A program made the translations under genes and the position numbers. DNA of 48,891 nt from Candidatus Multivoradales bacterium (lineage in GTDB: Bacteria > Acidobacteriota > Thermoanaerobaculia > Multivoradales > J023): contig CBDFLE010000003.1 of NCBI GenBank assembly GCA_965248925.1, positions 1 through 48,891 on the forward strand, written 5' to 3'. A model generated the notes under the pieces. It made no database searches. It saw only the letters and a program-made list of their open reading frames with translations, and was not told the DNA's origin. Within the stretch, counting starts at the first letter, position 1. Each line of letters begins with the position of its first letter. Shown one piece after another: positions 1-9,254 of this stretch.

Positions 1-174
1 GACACCAGCACCACGGGTCGCCGTCATTTGAAGACCAAGGCACTGGAGCTGCGCCCTGAAGCCTGCCGCCAGTTCGATGTACTGCGAGCAGAGACAGGCA
101 TGCACGGCTACGAACTGGCCGCCGAAGCCTTCAATCTCCTGTTTCGCAAGCACGACAAGCCCGAGATCGCCTAG
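1..174 (+). CDS. C-terminal part of a small ParG/ribbon-helix-helix-like partition protein (N-terminus at 48801-48891)
   Basis: Frame 1 is open: DTSTTGRRHLKTKALELRPEACRQFDVLRAETGMHGYELAAEAFNLLFRKHDKPEIA*. The EAFNLLFRKH..P ending resembles small RHH proteins encoded after type Ib parA. It joins the ORF at 48801 in frame with a 1-nt overlap. Confidence 0.7.
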   Translation, partial: DTSTTGRRHLKTKALELRPEACRQFDVLRAETGMHGYELAAEAFNLLFRKHDKPEIA

Positions 175-200
175 GAATCTTAGATTCTAGAAACCTAGAA
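169..200. repeat. Array of four 8-bp CTAG-core repeats (putative parS/operator)
   Basis: gcctagga atcttaga ttctagaa acctagaa, abutting the ATG at 200; same unit as at 48093-48132 and 48763-48794. Confidence 0.7.
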
Positions 201-1873
201 TGAAACGCGCAGCTCCAATCAAGCCCTCAGAGGATTTCGGGCCGGATAGTGACTACTACCCGCTTGATGATCTGGAGGCCGCACCCGATCAGCAGCAGGC
301 TATCGGGGAGATAGCCGCCGGGCTGCCACTAGCCACGGCAACCTATCGCGGCAAGAAAGGGCAGGCCACCTATTGGCTGCTCGATCTAGCCTCTGGTGAT
401 GCGCCCCGACTCGAACCCGTCGAGCTACGCACCGAGGGGGCCGGATCGGTGCGGCTCGCTGCTGATTTCGGAATGGGACTCGTCACCCTCAAAGCAGCCG
501 AGGGCAAAGCTCCCGAACTAGCGGCATTGCTGCGCAAAGCGGCCGAGCTGGATTGGCCGGCTGATGAAGGCCGCGAGGTTCTTCGCCAACGGGCGCAGAT
601 CATTGAACTCCGAGGGGAGATCCAGCCGTCACCCCAAGCCAGCAAATCACGGGATCTCGATTGGACCCACACCGGTAGCGTCTACTACGGGCTGCTTCGG
701 GCAGTCGCCTTGCGCCGCTTTCCCGACCGCGATGAAGCCGTCCCGCGCAGTGCGGACTTCGGCGAGAAGGGCACCCATGCCCACGTCGAGATTCGCGACC
801 ACCACCCCGGCCAGGACTATCTCCAGACCGAGCAGGACCAGGCCGAGCACGCCGCCCTGATGTGGTCGATCGTCGATACCCTCGGCGATCGAGTCTCAGA
901 CGTTCTCGACTACACGACGCAGCGTTTCATTGAGGTCGCCGACTCACCCCAAGACCGCATAGAGATCAATGTTCACGAGGCACTCACCGCCCTCGGCTAC
1001 AAGTTGAAGAAAGGCGGTAGCGGCCGCCGCGGCGGATTCGAGCGCGAACAACGGCTAGGGTTCATCGCCGATCTGCTCAAAATTGATCGCCTGTGGCTTG
1101 AAGGGGAAGTGGTGGTGCGCGAGGGTCGCCAGGAGAAACGGGTGGCGATCGGTAGCCGCGTCTTCATGTGGTCCCGCTACACCGGCCAGAGAGCACTACC
1201 CGGCCACCCCCCCGACGTTCACCAGGTGACCATCACCCCCGGCGACGATTGGGGCAGCTACCTGCTTGGCCCCGGCAAGAAGCTCATGGGATGGCAATCA
1301 CGCCGTGCGCTCAGCTACGGCGCGCGCTACGTCTACGAGAAGCGCCTGTTGCGCTATTTCGCACGCATGGCGCGGATCAACGCCCACAAGGCACACCCCG
1401 ACGCCAAACGCTTCAAGGTGGCGACCCTGCTTGAGGAGATCGCACTCGAAATCGACGTGCGCCGCCCCTTGTCGAGTCGCAGCCGCCTTGAAGACGCCCT
1501 CGATCGGCTGCATGCAAACGGCGATCTAGCGCATTGGCAATACGCCGAGCTGCCCGAGCTACCTAGCCGGGGCTGGCTGACGGCGTGGCGAGCCTTGCTG
1601 GTCGAGGTCGAGTGGCCCGAAGTCTTGAAAGACGCCTATCGAGCACTCCGCGAAGCTCCCAACAGACCAACATTAGCCGCCCTACCCAGCACCGCCTCTT
1701 CGCCCGAGGCGATGAAGGCTAAGCGAAGCCGTAGCGGCATCTCTCAGCAACAGGCGGCAGAGCAAGTCGGCATCTCTCAGCCCACCTTTTCGCGGGCCGA
1801 GCGAGGGCACTCTGTCGGCACCAACGCTCGTGCGCAAATCCGGCGCTGGCTGGGCGATTCAGTCAGTGACTGA
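200..1873 (+). CDS. Putative plasmid replication initiator with C-terminal XRE-type HTH
   Basis: 557 aa; C-terminal HTH (KRSRSGISQQQAAEQVGISQPTFSRAERG); lies between the par genes and an iteron/AT-rich region plus helicase. The Rep role is inferred from context. Confidence 0.55.
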   Translation: MKRAAPIKPSEDFGPDSDYYPLDDLEAAPDQQQAIGEIAAGLPLATATYRGKKGQATYWLLDLASGDAPRLEPVELRTEGAGSVRLAADFGMGLVTLKAAEGKAPELAALLRKAAELDWPADEGREVLRQRAQIIELRGEIQPSPQASKSRDLDWTHTGSVYYGLLRAVALRRFPDRDEAVPRSADFGEKGTHAHVEIRDHHPGQDYLQTEQDQAEHAALMWSIVDTLGDRVSDVLDYTTQRFIEVADSPQDRIEINVHEALTALGYKLKKGGSGRRGGFEREQRLGFIADLLKIDRLWLEGEVVVREGRQEKRVAIGSRVFMWSRYTGQRALPGHPPDVHQVTITPGDDWGSYLLGPGKKLMGWQSRRALSYGARYVYEKRLLRYFARMARINAHKAHPDAKRFKVATLLEEIALEIDVRRPLSSRSRLEDALDRLHANGDLAHWQYAELPELPSRGWLTAWRALLVEVEWPEVLKDAYRALREAPNRPTLAALPSTASSPEAMKAKRSRSGISQQQAAEQVGISQPTFSRAERGHSVGTNARAQIRRWLGDSVSD

Positions 1874-1880
1874 ATGAATA

Positions 1881-2154
1881 GTCGGGGTTTCGTGCGGGAA
1901 GGTTCTGAATAAGCGCTCTTCTGCTGTAAATACAAGACTTACGGCGGTTCGCTACTGAATAACCGGCCCTTCCTAAGCTACTCCGGGGCTGAATATTGTC
2001 GGGGCTCCAACCCGGAAAGTCGGGGCTCCAACCCGGAAAGTCGGGGTTTCATCCGGCAAACCACTATGTAAACCATTGATTCTAAAGGGCTATTCAGTGC
2101 TAAATATCTTAACTAATCTTAATCAGTGCCGGGCCGCCTGAATGGCGCCCGGCC
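1881..2154. other. Putative iteron-containing replication origin
   Basis: 21-bp direct repeats gtcggggctccaacccggaaa (1998-2018, 2019-2039), variants at 2040-2060 and 1881-1901, recurrent ctgaata boxes, AT-rich tract about 2065-2123, then a GC hairpin at 2128-2153. Confidence 0.7.
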
Positions 2155-2214
2155 ATCTGCTAAAAATCCCTCAGAACCGAGACTCAATATTGACGATTTC
2201 TGAGGACTGACCGA

Positions 2215-3630
2215 ATGCCCGACATCCCCCCCCCAACCTCTGAGCCTTGGTCCGAGGAAAGCGAACGCGCCACCCTCGCCGCTTGTCTTTTGCAGCCCGA
2301 GCTAGTGCCCCAGATCGCCGAGCGCTTGCAGCCGGCCGACTTCTATCTCGATCGCCACCAGCATATTTTCGCTGCGATGCTGACGGTCACTGCCGATCCG
2401 GCGCAGGTGATCGATTTGCGTACCCTCCAAGCAGAGCTGGAGGACCGGCGAGTATTCGATTCGTGTGGTGGGCTGGCCTACCTTGCAACCTTGGATTCTC
2501 ACCTGCCCGATCTGAGCCACGCAGGCCAGTACGTCGAGATTGTCCGCGAGCGCGCTCGCCGCCGGCAACTGATCGAGCATGCCCACCGCCTGGTTCGCAG
2601 TGCTTACGATGGGGGGGTGCCGGCGGCAGACCTGGCGAACCGGGCGCGGGTAATTTTTGAGCGGCTCGAAACCGATACCGCGCATCCGGACAGTGGGACG
2701 GCATTGGTGGAAGTTGCCGAAGACTCGATCGAGATCTGGGCCACTCGCCGGCAGGAACGGCAAGAGACGGGGAAGGTGGTCACTGGTTTCGCGACCGGCC
2801 TTCCCGTGCTCGACCGAGTGCTAGGTGGTGGGCTGCAACAGGGCTTCTATTTGCTCGCCGGACCACCGGGGAAGGGTAAGACCACCCTGGCGCTGCAACT
2901 GGCCGCTCACGTCGCCGAGCACAGCTCTCGGCCGGTGCTGTACGTGAGCTTCGAGAACTCGCGGCAGAACCTGCTACGCAAGCTGCTCTGTGCGCGCGCT
3001 GGTGTCGAGCTGCGCCGCCTCGAAGCGGGTGGGATGGGGGAGGGGCAGGCGGCTGATCTGGTGCGGGTCAACGAGCATCTAGCCCAGACGGTGTATCCGC
3101 GTCTTGAGATCGTTGACGGCACCTCGGCGCTCACCACCGGCCAGCTGCGCGGTATGCTGCGCCGAGCGAGCCTGAACGCCGGTGAGCCGAAGCCCGGCCA
3201 GCCTGGCGCGCTGCTGGTGCTGGACTACCTCCAGCTCTACGCCAAGGCTTCGCGTGAGTTCGCCGCGATGCGTGAGGTTCGGGGCAAGGTGGATGCTCTG
3301 GTGGCCGAGCTGATCGCGCTCGGTAAGAGCTTCGGCGGCCCAGTGTTGGCGCTGTCCTCTCAGAGTCGCTCGGGAGGCGACTACGGCAACGAGGGCAAGG
3401 GCTCTGCGTCGCTGGCGAGCGCCAAAGAGTCTGGCGATATCGAGTACGCGAGTGATGGGGCGTTCTTCCTGGTCGAGCCTGGCGGTGAGGGTGCTCGCCA
3501 GGCGACGGCGCCCGACCTCGCGCTCGATCTGGTGATTGCCAAGAACCGCCACGGGCCGGCGCCGGAGAAGGTGCCGCTCATCTTCCAGCGCTCGAAGGGC
3601 GTGTTTGTGTCCGTGGACACGCGCTACTGA
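2215..3630 (+). CDS. dnaB: DnaB-like replicative DNA helicase
   Basis: N-terminal DnaB domain (ESERATLAACL..L.PADFY..HQ.IF), Walker A GPPGKGKT, LLVLDYLQL, ALSSQ, KESGDIEYASD and IAKNRHGP motifs. Confidence 0.88.
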   Translation: MPDIPPPTSEPWSEESERATLAACLLQPELVPQIAERLQPADFYLDRHQHIFAAMLTVTADPAQVIDLRTLQAELEDRRVFDSCGGLAYLATLDSHLPDLSHAGQYVEIVRERARRRQLIEHAHRLVRSAYDGGVPAADLANRARVIFERLETDTAHPDSGTALVEVAEDSIEIWATRRQERQETGKVVTGFATGLPVLDRVLGGGLQQGFYLLAGPPGKGKTTLALQLAAHVAEHSSRPVLYVSFENSRQNLLRKLLCARAGVELRRLEAGGMGEGQAADLVRVNEHLAQTVYPRLEIVDGTSALTTGQLRGMLRRASLNAGEPKPGQPGALLVLDYLQLYAKASREFAAMREVRGKVDALVAELIALGKSFGGPVLALSSQSRSGGDYGNEGKGSASLASAKESGDIEYASDGAFFLVEPGGEGARQATAPDLALDLVIAKNRHGPAPEKVPLIFQRSKGVFVSVDTRY

Positions 3631-3840
3631 CCTTTTCGCCCCTCGCTAGACTGCCCCCTTACAGGCCATCCGTAGTGAGCATTGGAGCCCGCGTCGCGGT
3701 GGCCGGGGGTAATCTGCAATGCACCAGACAGCACGAGGCTCGAAGAGCTGTGTCCCGAGAGTCGGGCCATCAACTATGTCGGTTGACATCGGTCCTCACA
3801 TCGCACCGAACAGCTTCGGTCCCTTGATCACACCGGGCGG

Positions 3841-5421
3841 CTAGTGCCAGGCGGGCGGGCGGATGCCTAGCCTTCGCTCGCCCGCCAACACCCTTCTTGC
3901 CTCGTCAATCGCTTCTTGGCACAAGGTGCCAGCACGGGCTAAGACGGACAGATTCTTCGCCGCCGCTGCGGCGATATCATTGCCCTGGAAAGGCTCCAAT
4001 AGGGAAGCCATACCATCAGCGAGTGAGGTAACCTCGCGGGCCTTGCCGGCGGCTAGTAGCACCTCCGCAAGATCAACAGTCGCCAGTCCAAGGTCGAAGG
4101 GGTTTATTTGCTCTAGCAACTTCATGGCCTGCCGCAGGCGGTACTCTGCTTCATCGAGGTTCTTCCGATCCTTGGCAATCATAGCCGCTGTCCACAAGAT
4201 CATCCCGCGGCTGTGGGTAGCATCGCCTGGAACCAGTGCTTCGGCCAGCCGAAGGTTACGTTCTGCGGTTGCCAACTCTCGGGCGTCACGATGAAGAGTT
4301 GCAAGCACATGGTAGGCGGTGGCACGGTACTGTTTCTCAGAGTCCGGGAGAGCCGTCAAAGCAAACTGGGCGCACTCGGTTGCTTTGGATCTCTGCTCCA
4401 AACTAAAGTACAAGATTGCTCGTTGAGTCCAGGTCTGGCCAATTCCGGCCGAATGAACCTGGTCGCCGTATATATGGGCCGCTTGGTCCATCAGTTTCAG
4501 AGCATCCCGGTATCTCGCGAAACTGTAGAGAGCGGTTCCAGCTCGTTGCAGCAGATTGGCCCTCACTAGACTTGGCGCCCATTGGCTGATCCGCAAGGCC
4601 GATTCGAGGCAGAAGGCAGCGGCCTCCATCGAGCCGCCGATCCGGTGGCTTGAGCCGAGCACGCCGCCTGCTCTGCAGAACGCCTCGACACCGGCAAGGC
4701 CCTTGATTTTTGAGGCGACCTCAACGGTCAAGATCCGCGCCAAGGTGACGGCATGCTCGGGTTTTGCGTATCGAAGTTTGTCGATCGCCAGAGCGGCATG
4801 CTTGACCGCCGTCAGGCTGCGCCAACGGGGCTCTTGGCGGAGTACCTGCCGGCGATGGCTGAGTGACCCGTAGAGCAGGCAGGAATGGGCTTCCTGGGCA
4901 CTTGGCGCGGGCAGCAGTGGCCGCTCGGCCTCGGCCTGATAGTGGCGGAGCACTCGGCGCGCTGAGACTTCGAGATCGAGGATCGGTGTTGGTGGGCTCT
5001 TGAGTACAGCTACTTTCTTGCCCTTGTCTTTGGGAGCCTTGGTCTGCTTCCCAGCTCTGGCCCTGATGGTCTTTGACTTGGGAGTCTTGGTTTTGGTCTT
5101 GGAGGTCTTCGCCACCGTGTTTTTGCGCTTGCCGTGGGCGGTTTCGCGAGCAGCCCTGAGCAGCTCGAAGGGCGACGGCTCGGCAATGAGCAGTGCCACG
5201 GGGTCTAAGCCCAAGCCCTCGGCGGCAGAGTAGATCTGGCTTGCGGTCAGCTTGAGCGCGGTGCGGCCGAGGACGCCGCGGCCCCATCCTCGGTAGTAGC
5301 CACTCCTGCGGTCGACCTCACCTCGGCGGCCGCGGTGCAGGTCTAGGTAGTCGCTGAGTCGTTGTTGCAGCAGCTTTGCTTTTGCAAGTGCCTTGCGGTT
5401 CATGGTTCCCACCCCCAACAT
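3841..5421 (-). CDS. Hypothetical regulator: N-terminal HTH-like region, Lys-rich linker, C-terminal TPR-like repeats
   Basis: 526-aa ORF (possible start 5403) with repeated helical TPR-like motifs (YRDALKLMDQAAHIY, AEYRLRQAMKLLE); divergent from the 5585 operon. Confidence 0.6.
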   Translation of the reverse strand: MLGVGTMNRKALAKAKLLQQRLSDYLDLHRGRRGEVDRRSGYYRGWGRGVLGRTALKLTASQIYSAAEGLGLDPVALLIAEPSPFELLRAARETAHGKRKNTVAKTSKTKTKTPKSKTIRARAGKQTKAPKDKGKKVAVLKSPPTPILDLEVSARRVLRHYQAEAERPLLPAPSAQEAHSCLLYGSLSHRRQVLRQEPRWRSLTAVKHAALAIDKLRYAKPEHAVTLARILTVEVASKIKGLAGVEAFCRAGGVLGSSHRIGGSMEAAAFCLESALRISQWAPSLVRANLLQRAGTALYSFARYRDALKLMDQAAHIYGDQVHSAGIGQTWTQRAILYFSLEQRSKATECAQFALTALPDSEKQYRATAYHVLATLHRDARELATAERNLRLAEALVPGDATHSRGMILWTAAMIAKDRKNLDEAEYRLRQAMKLLEQINPFDLGLATVDLAEVLLAAGKAREVTSLADGMASLLEPFQGNDIAAAAAKNLSVLARAGTLCQEAIDEARRVLAGERRLGIRPPAWH

Positions 5422-5584
5422 GATTTAACCCAAGCATCTTAACCTACGTCCTAGGCTTTTCTCCCCTTGCTGGATCTAGATGCAGCAAGGGGCCGCGACT
5501 TCGCGCCAGGTTCTGCACTTCAAGATCCTGCTGCCGCAAGTTCGCGGTCATTGCTGGCCAAACGGATAGCTTACGTTCGGCCGC

Positions 5585-5989
5585 ATGAGCGATGAACACG
5601 GTCCCGACTTAGAGCAGCTAGAAGCCCACGCACGAGGCGTGATGCTGGAGAGTGCTACCGAACTGTCTCAGCAGCGGCGCAAGCTCGTTGATCTTGCCGC
5701 CTTGCTCCCTGATCCGTCGACGGTTGTCGTCAGGCGGGGAGGGGTGGTCAAGACAGAGCTAGCCAGTGACGAGCTTCAACCGCCGACCGTGCTCGAAGCG
5801 CAGCTGGGTATCGTCGAGCAGGCAATCGAGCAGCTCGACAGTGTGATTGGCGCGCTGACCGACGGCGCGGAGATCTCGATTGATGCGCTAGTCGAGTCTT
5901 GGCTGAGTCGTCGTGGTGCCGATCGTCGCGCCGGTATTGCTGCGCTGGCGCGCGGGATTTCAATACGCCGGCAGGGTTGCAGGGCATGA
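5585..5989 (+). CDS. Hypothetical helical protein (operon gene 1)
   Basis: 134-aa ORF, ATGA-coupled to the next gene. Confidence 0.65.
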   Translation: MSDEHGPDLEQLEAHARGVMLESATELSQQRRKLVDLAALLPDPSTVVVRRGGVVKTELASDELQPPTVLEAQLGIVEQAIEQLDSVIGALTDGAEISIDALVESWLSRRGADRRAGIAALARGISIRRQGCRA

Positions 5990-6474
5990 GGGCTCCGAAA
6001 GAGCTACGTGATGACCTCGTAAGTCTGGCCGAGTTGGCAACAATCGCCGGCAGCGGCCTGGTGGACCGTGCTTACCAGATCATCGAGGCTCTGGACCTTC
6101 CTGGCCGGCAAGTCGCCGATCCTTCTGAGCTGGCGTCGCCAGGTATCGAGGCCGAACGGAGTTTGCAGGATGTTCGCGCAGCGCAGCGCACGGCGGCCGG
6201 TATGGCACAGCTGTTTCGGATGCTGCGCACGCAGCTCAAGCAGAACGCGATGGTGCTGGTCCTTGGCGATGCGGACGCGCCCGGCGCCGATGTTCGCGCG
6301 GTTACCTGGTACCAGCTGCGCGGCTTGATCGACATCCTTGGCGATCTGATCGAGCGTCTCGAAGCGGTGTCTCTGACAGCACACGGCCCCGGCCCAATCT
6401 GTGCGCCCCATGAGGTGCCGCGCGTGCCTTCCCTGGCCGAGCTGGCCGCCAATGGCGGAGAGCCCGCCGCGTGA
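5986..6474 (+). CDS. Hypothetical helical protein (operon gene 2)
   Basis: ATG at 5986 overlaps the upstream TGA; in frame with track ORF 5899-6474; GTGA-coupled to the next gene. Confidence 0.65.
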   Translation: MRAPKELRDDLVSLAELATIAGSGLVDRAYQIIEALDLPGRQVADPSELASPGIEAERSLQDVRAAQRTAAGMAQLFRMLRTQLKQNAMVLVLGDADAPGADVRAVTWYQLRGLIDILGDLIERLEAVSLTAHGPGPICAPHEVPRVPSLAELAANGGEPAA

Positions 6475-7004
6475 GCACCCTGGTCTATCCAGTCGTGCCG
6501 CAGCAGTTGCGCAGGGCGTGCCTAGAAGCAGCAGCGCTGGTAGTGGCTGCCGAGCGCGCTTTGGTGCAGCCCTGGTCGAAGGTGCCGCTGGCTCCGATAC
6601 CTCCCGGAGTGATACCCGACGATCCGGCAGATGGTGCGCCGGCCGAGGTGTTTTTGTTGGGCAGCTATGGCTCTTTGATCACTGAGCTACGAGTCACCAC
6701 CGAGAGCCTTCTGGCTGTTGGCCAGGCGGCCCCCAGCGAGTTGTGGACGGCAAGCGACGCCGCCGCGGCCGACAGCCAGCTACCGAATTGGCGCAGATCT
6801 GTAGAGCGACACATCGATAGCTCGGTGATGGGAGGTAGCCAGGTTCGGCTAGGTGCCCTTGCCGCGCTGCGCCACTCGATCTTGGTGCAGCGAGATATCG
6901 CCGTATCGCCCGCGTCCCCTCGCTTCGAACAGCCCTTGAAAACCCTTTGTTCACTTGTCGATGAACTGCGCCTGATCTCGCGCGCTCCGGACGGGGAGCT
7001 GTGA
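6471..7004 (+). CDS. Hypothetical helical protein (operon gene 3)
   Basis: 177 aa, GTGA overlaps on both sides. Confidence 0.65.
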   Translation: MSTLVYPVVPQQLRRACLEAAALVVAAERALVQPWSKVPLAPIPPGVIPDDPADGAPAEVFLLGSYGSLITELRVTTESLLAVGQAAPSELWTASDAAAADSQLPNWRRSVERHIDSSVMGGSQVRLGALAALRHSILVQRDIAVSPASPRFEQPLKTLCSLVDELRLISRAPDGEL

Positions 7005-7795
7005 GCGCTCAAACCATGGCCAGCCACCAGCCAGTCGCGCAAGTTGTCGCGCTCGCGCTTGGGGAGATGTGGACCTGCAGGGGGCTTGCATCGGTTGCCG
7101 AGGCCGCACGGGTTCTAGATCTGCTGTTCGAGCAGCCACAACCCGGTGGCGTATTGCTACTCGATGCCGAGCACATCCCTCGGGCTCATTGCCTGGCATC
7201 CGATGGCGTGGCGTCGATCGACCCGGCCGAGCTGCTGGCCGCTGGGTGGCCCTACGGCACCGCCGCGGTGGTGTTGTGGGTCGGCGGCATAGATCAGCCG
7301 GCCTGGCGCGATCTCGCAGCTCTGGCCGGGCTTGCCGAGGCGATCCGTGAGCGCTGGCGAGTGCTCGACGTAGTAATCCGCCCAGTCAGTCACAGAGCAC
7401 GCTCGGTGCGCTGGATGCAGCCTAGTCCCATCCCGAATCTTGGAGGGTTCCGAATGATCAAGCCGAAGGTCAGTCCAAAGCTGCGCGTTGTCGCCTGCCG
7501 CGTGATGCTCGATCGCATTGGCCGCGCCGAGTTGTGGAGCGCGCACGGCCCTACGAACGCAGCCTACGAGCATTTGGCGGAGATCAAGCAGGCACTGCCG
7601 GTGGAGAGGGTTGTGACCTTGGCTGCGTGGGCGATCTGGAACGGTCGCTCTCAGCTCAAGTTCTCCGAGATCTTGGCGCTCGAAGACCAGAAGACAGCGG
7701 CTCTGATCTCGGGTTACTTGGTGGCTGCTAGCTACGGCAACGACACCGTCAACGCCTGGCTTGCCGCAAAACGCAGAAGGGGCGCCCGAAATTAA
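7001..7795 (+). CDS. Degenerate RadC/JAB-like domain fused to an uncharacterised helical domain
   Basis: ASIDPAELL...AAVVLW...RDLA...RVLDVVI follows RadC spacing but lacks HNHPSG. An internal RBS GGAGGG plus ATG at 7454 marks the second domain. Confidence 0.5.
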   Translation: MSAQTMASHQPVAQVVALALGEMWTCRGLASVAEAARVLDLLFEQPQPGGVLLLDAEHIPRAHCLASDGVASIDPAELLAAGWPYGTAAVVLWVGGIDQPAWRDLAALAGLAEAIRERWRVLDVVIRPVSHRARSVRWMQPSPIPNLGGFRMIKPKVSPKLRVVACRVMLDRIGRAELWSAHGPTNAAYEHLAEIKQALPVERVVTLAAWAIWNGRSQLKFSEILALEDQKTAALISGYLVAASYGNDTVNAWLAAKRRRGARN

Positions 7796-8129
7796 CGATG
7801 CCCCGTCGCGCAGTCGTGCGGCGTGGATCCGATCACCTCGGCCGGCCGGCCATCTCTCGCGATGCCCGAATGGGCTCGCAGCCCCGAGAGTCGGTCGGTC
7901 GAGGGCTTTTTGACCCTTCGTGATTTGGGGCGTGGTGGGGGAATCCGCCCTCGCTTCATGGGGGATGACCGGAATACGCCCGAAACCCGCCACTGGCTCT
8001 CTTCGGACACTGTGGAATGCTGGCATGTCGGCAATGATGGACCGAGGCGGACCCGGTCTGAGCTGCGCTCACACGGAGTCGCTTAGGTCGGCGGAGAGAG
8101 CGGATAGCTCGCAATCACTGGGTCAGGGC

Positions 8130-8253
8130 TGTCAGGAAACGAACGTTTTCTGAACACATGGCAGCCCCATCGATCGTTGGCCATATTACCGTTCAATAAA
8201 CGGTGTCGGATACCTGATGTGTTGAAAAACCTCGAGGTGCCGTTTCCTGTACA
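8130..8253. promoter_or_regulatory. Probable res site of transposon A
   Basis: Imperfect palindrome tgtcaggaaacgaacgttttctgaaca plus further AT-rich inverted subsites directly upstream of the resolvase. Confidence 0.55.
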
Positions 8254-8904
8254 GTGTTGGTCATGGCAGCCAGCAAGACAGCCCCTTCGATTCTTGAGGC
8301 CGAACCGGCAGTATTGACCGGCGCACTCATTGGCTACGCACGAGTCAGTACTCGCGACCAGAATCTGGATCGCCAAACTGACGCTCTTGCCGAAGCCGGG
8401 TGCCTGCGAGTGTTCGCCGACAAGAAGTCCGGAAAGAGCGCAGCACGCCCTGAGCTGGAGAAGGCGCTCGACTTCATGCGCCCTGGCGACACGTTGGTTG
8501 TCGGGAGCCTTGACCGACTGTCGCGGTCGTTGCAGGATCTGATATCGCTGGTTGCCGAACTTCGAGAGCGAGGCGTGGGGTTCCAGTCGCTTCACGAACA
8601 GCTCGATACGACCACCCCAGGTGGACGGCTGATCTTCCATGTGTTCGCTGCGTTGGCCGAGTTCATCCGAGAGTTGATTGTGGAAGGCACACGCGAGGGG
8701 CTTGACGCAGCCAGAGCCCGAGGCCGGGTCGGAGGTCGGCCACCGGTAATGACTCCGGAAAAGATCGCAGCAGCTGCGTCACTGCTGCCCGACAACAGCG
8801 TGTCGGCGATCGCCCGGATGGTTGGCGTGAGTCGCGGCACTATCTACTCACACATGGACTCGATCTCCGCTGCGGCGAAGGACAACCGGGAGGAAAGCAA
8901 GTGA
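8254..8904 (+). CDS. tnpR: Serine resolvase (TnpR)
   Basis: IGYARVST, LDRLSRS, GRVGGRP, C-terminal HTH; the true start may be slightly downstream. Confidence 0.93.
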   Translation: MLVMAASKTAPSILEAEPAVLTGALIGYARVSTRDQNLDRQTDALAEAGCLRVFADKKSGKSAARPELEKALDFMRPGDTLVVGSLDRLSRSLQDLISLVAELRERGVGFQSLHEQLDTTTPGGRLIFHVFAALAEFIRELIVEGTREGLDAARARGRVGGRPPVMTPEKIAAAASLLPDNSVSAIARMVGVSRGTIYSHMDSISAAAKDNREESK

Positions 8905-9245
8905 CGAAGCATTGGGTCCGGTTCGTGATGCCGGTCATGGTCGAGGTCGACGGCGACGAGGATGAGGTCACCCGGGTGGTGATGTTGCCGAACGAACTGC
9001 GTCTGGATCGTGACGACCGTGGCCACTTTTTGATCTATGACGAGGGCTTTGTGCGCCGCCATGGCGCCGGGCAACCTCAGACTCATGCGTCGGCGGTTGC
9101 GGAACCTCGTTGGGAGTACCCGAGGTTCCCGTATGGGGCGCCACTGAACTGGCCGGACTCGTTGAGCTGGGAAGAGTGCTTCGACTCAACCGAAGCTGAC
9201 GATGGTTATGCCGAGATCCACCCCTACGGCGATCCTCAACATTGA
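8901..9245 (+). CDS. Hypothetical passenger protein of transposon A
   Basis: 114 aa, GTGA-coupled to tnpR, ends 9 bp before tnpA. Confidence 0.6.
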   Translation: MTKHWVRFVMPVMVEVDGDEDEVTRVVMLPNELRLDRDDRGHFLIYDEGFVRRHGAGQPQTHASAVAEPRWEYPRFPYGAPLNWPDSLSWEECFDSTEADDGYAEIHPYGDPQH

Positions 9246-9254
9246 GCCGGGCCG

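Noticed and set aside
1736-1781. ggcatctctcagc duplicated within rep
   Set aside because: Explained by the GISQ repeat of the HTH coding sequence.
1998-2060. Tandem 21-bp repeats as a CRISPR array
   Set aside because: No spacers and no cas genes; the context fits iterons.
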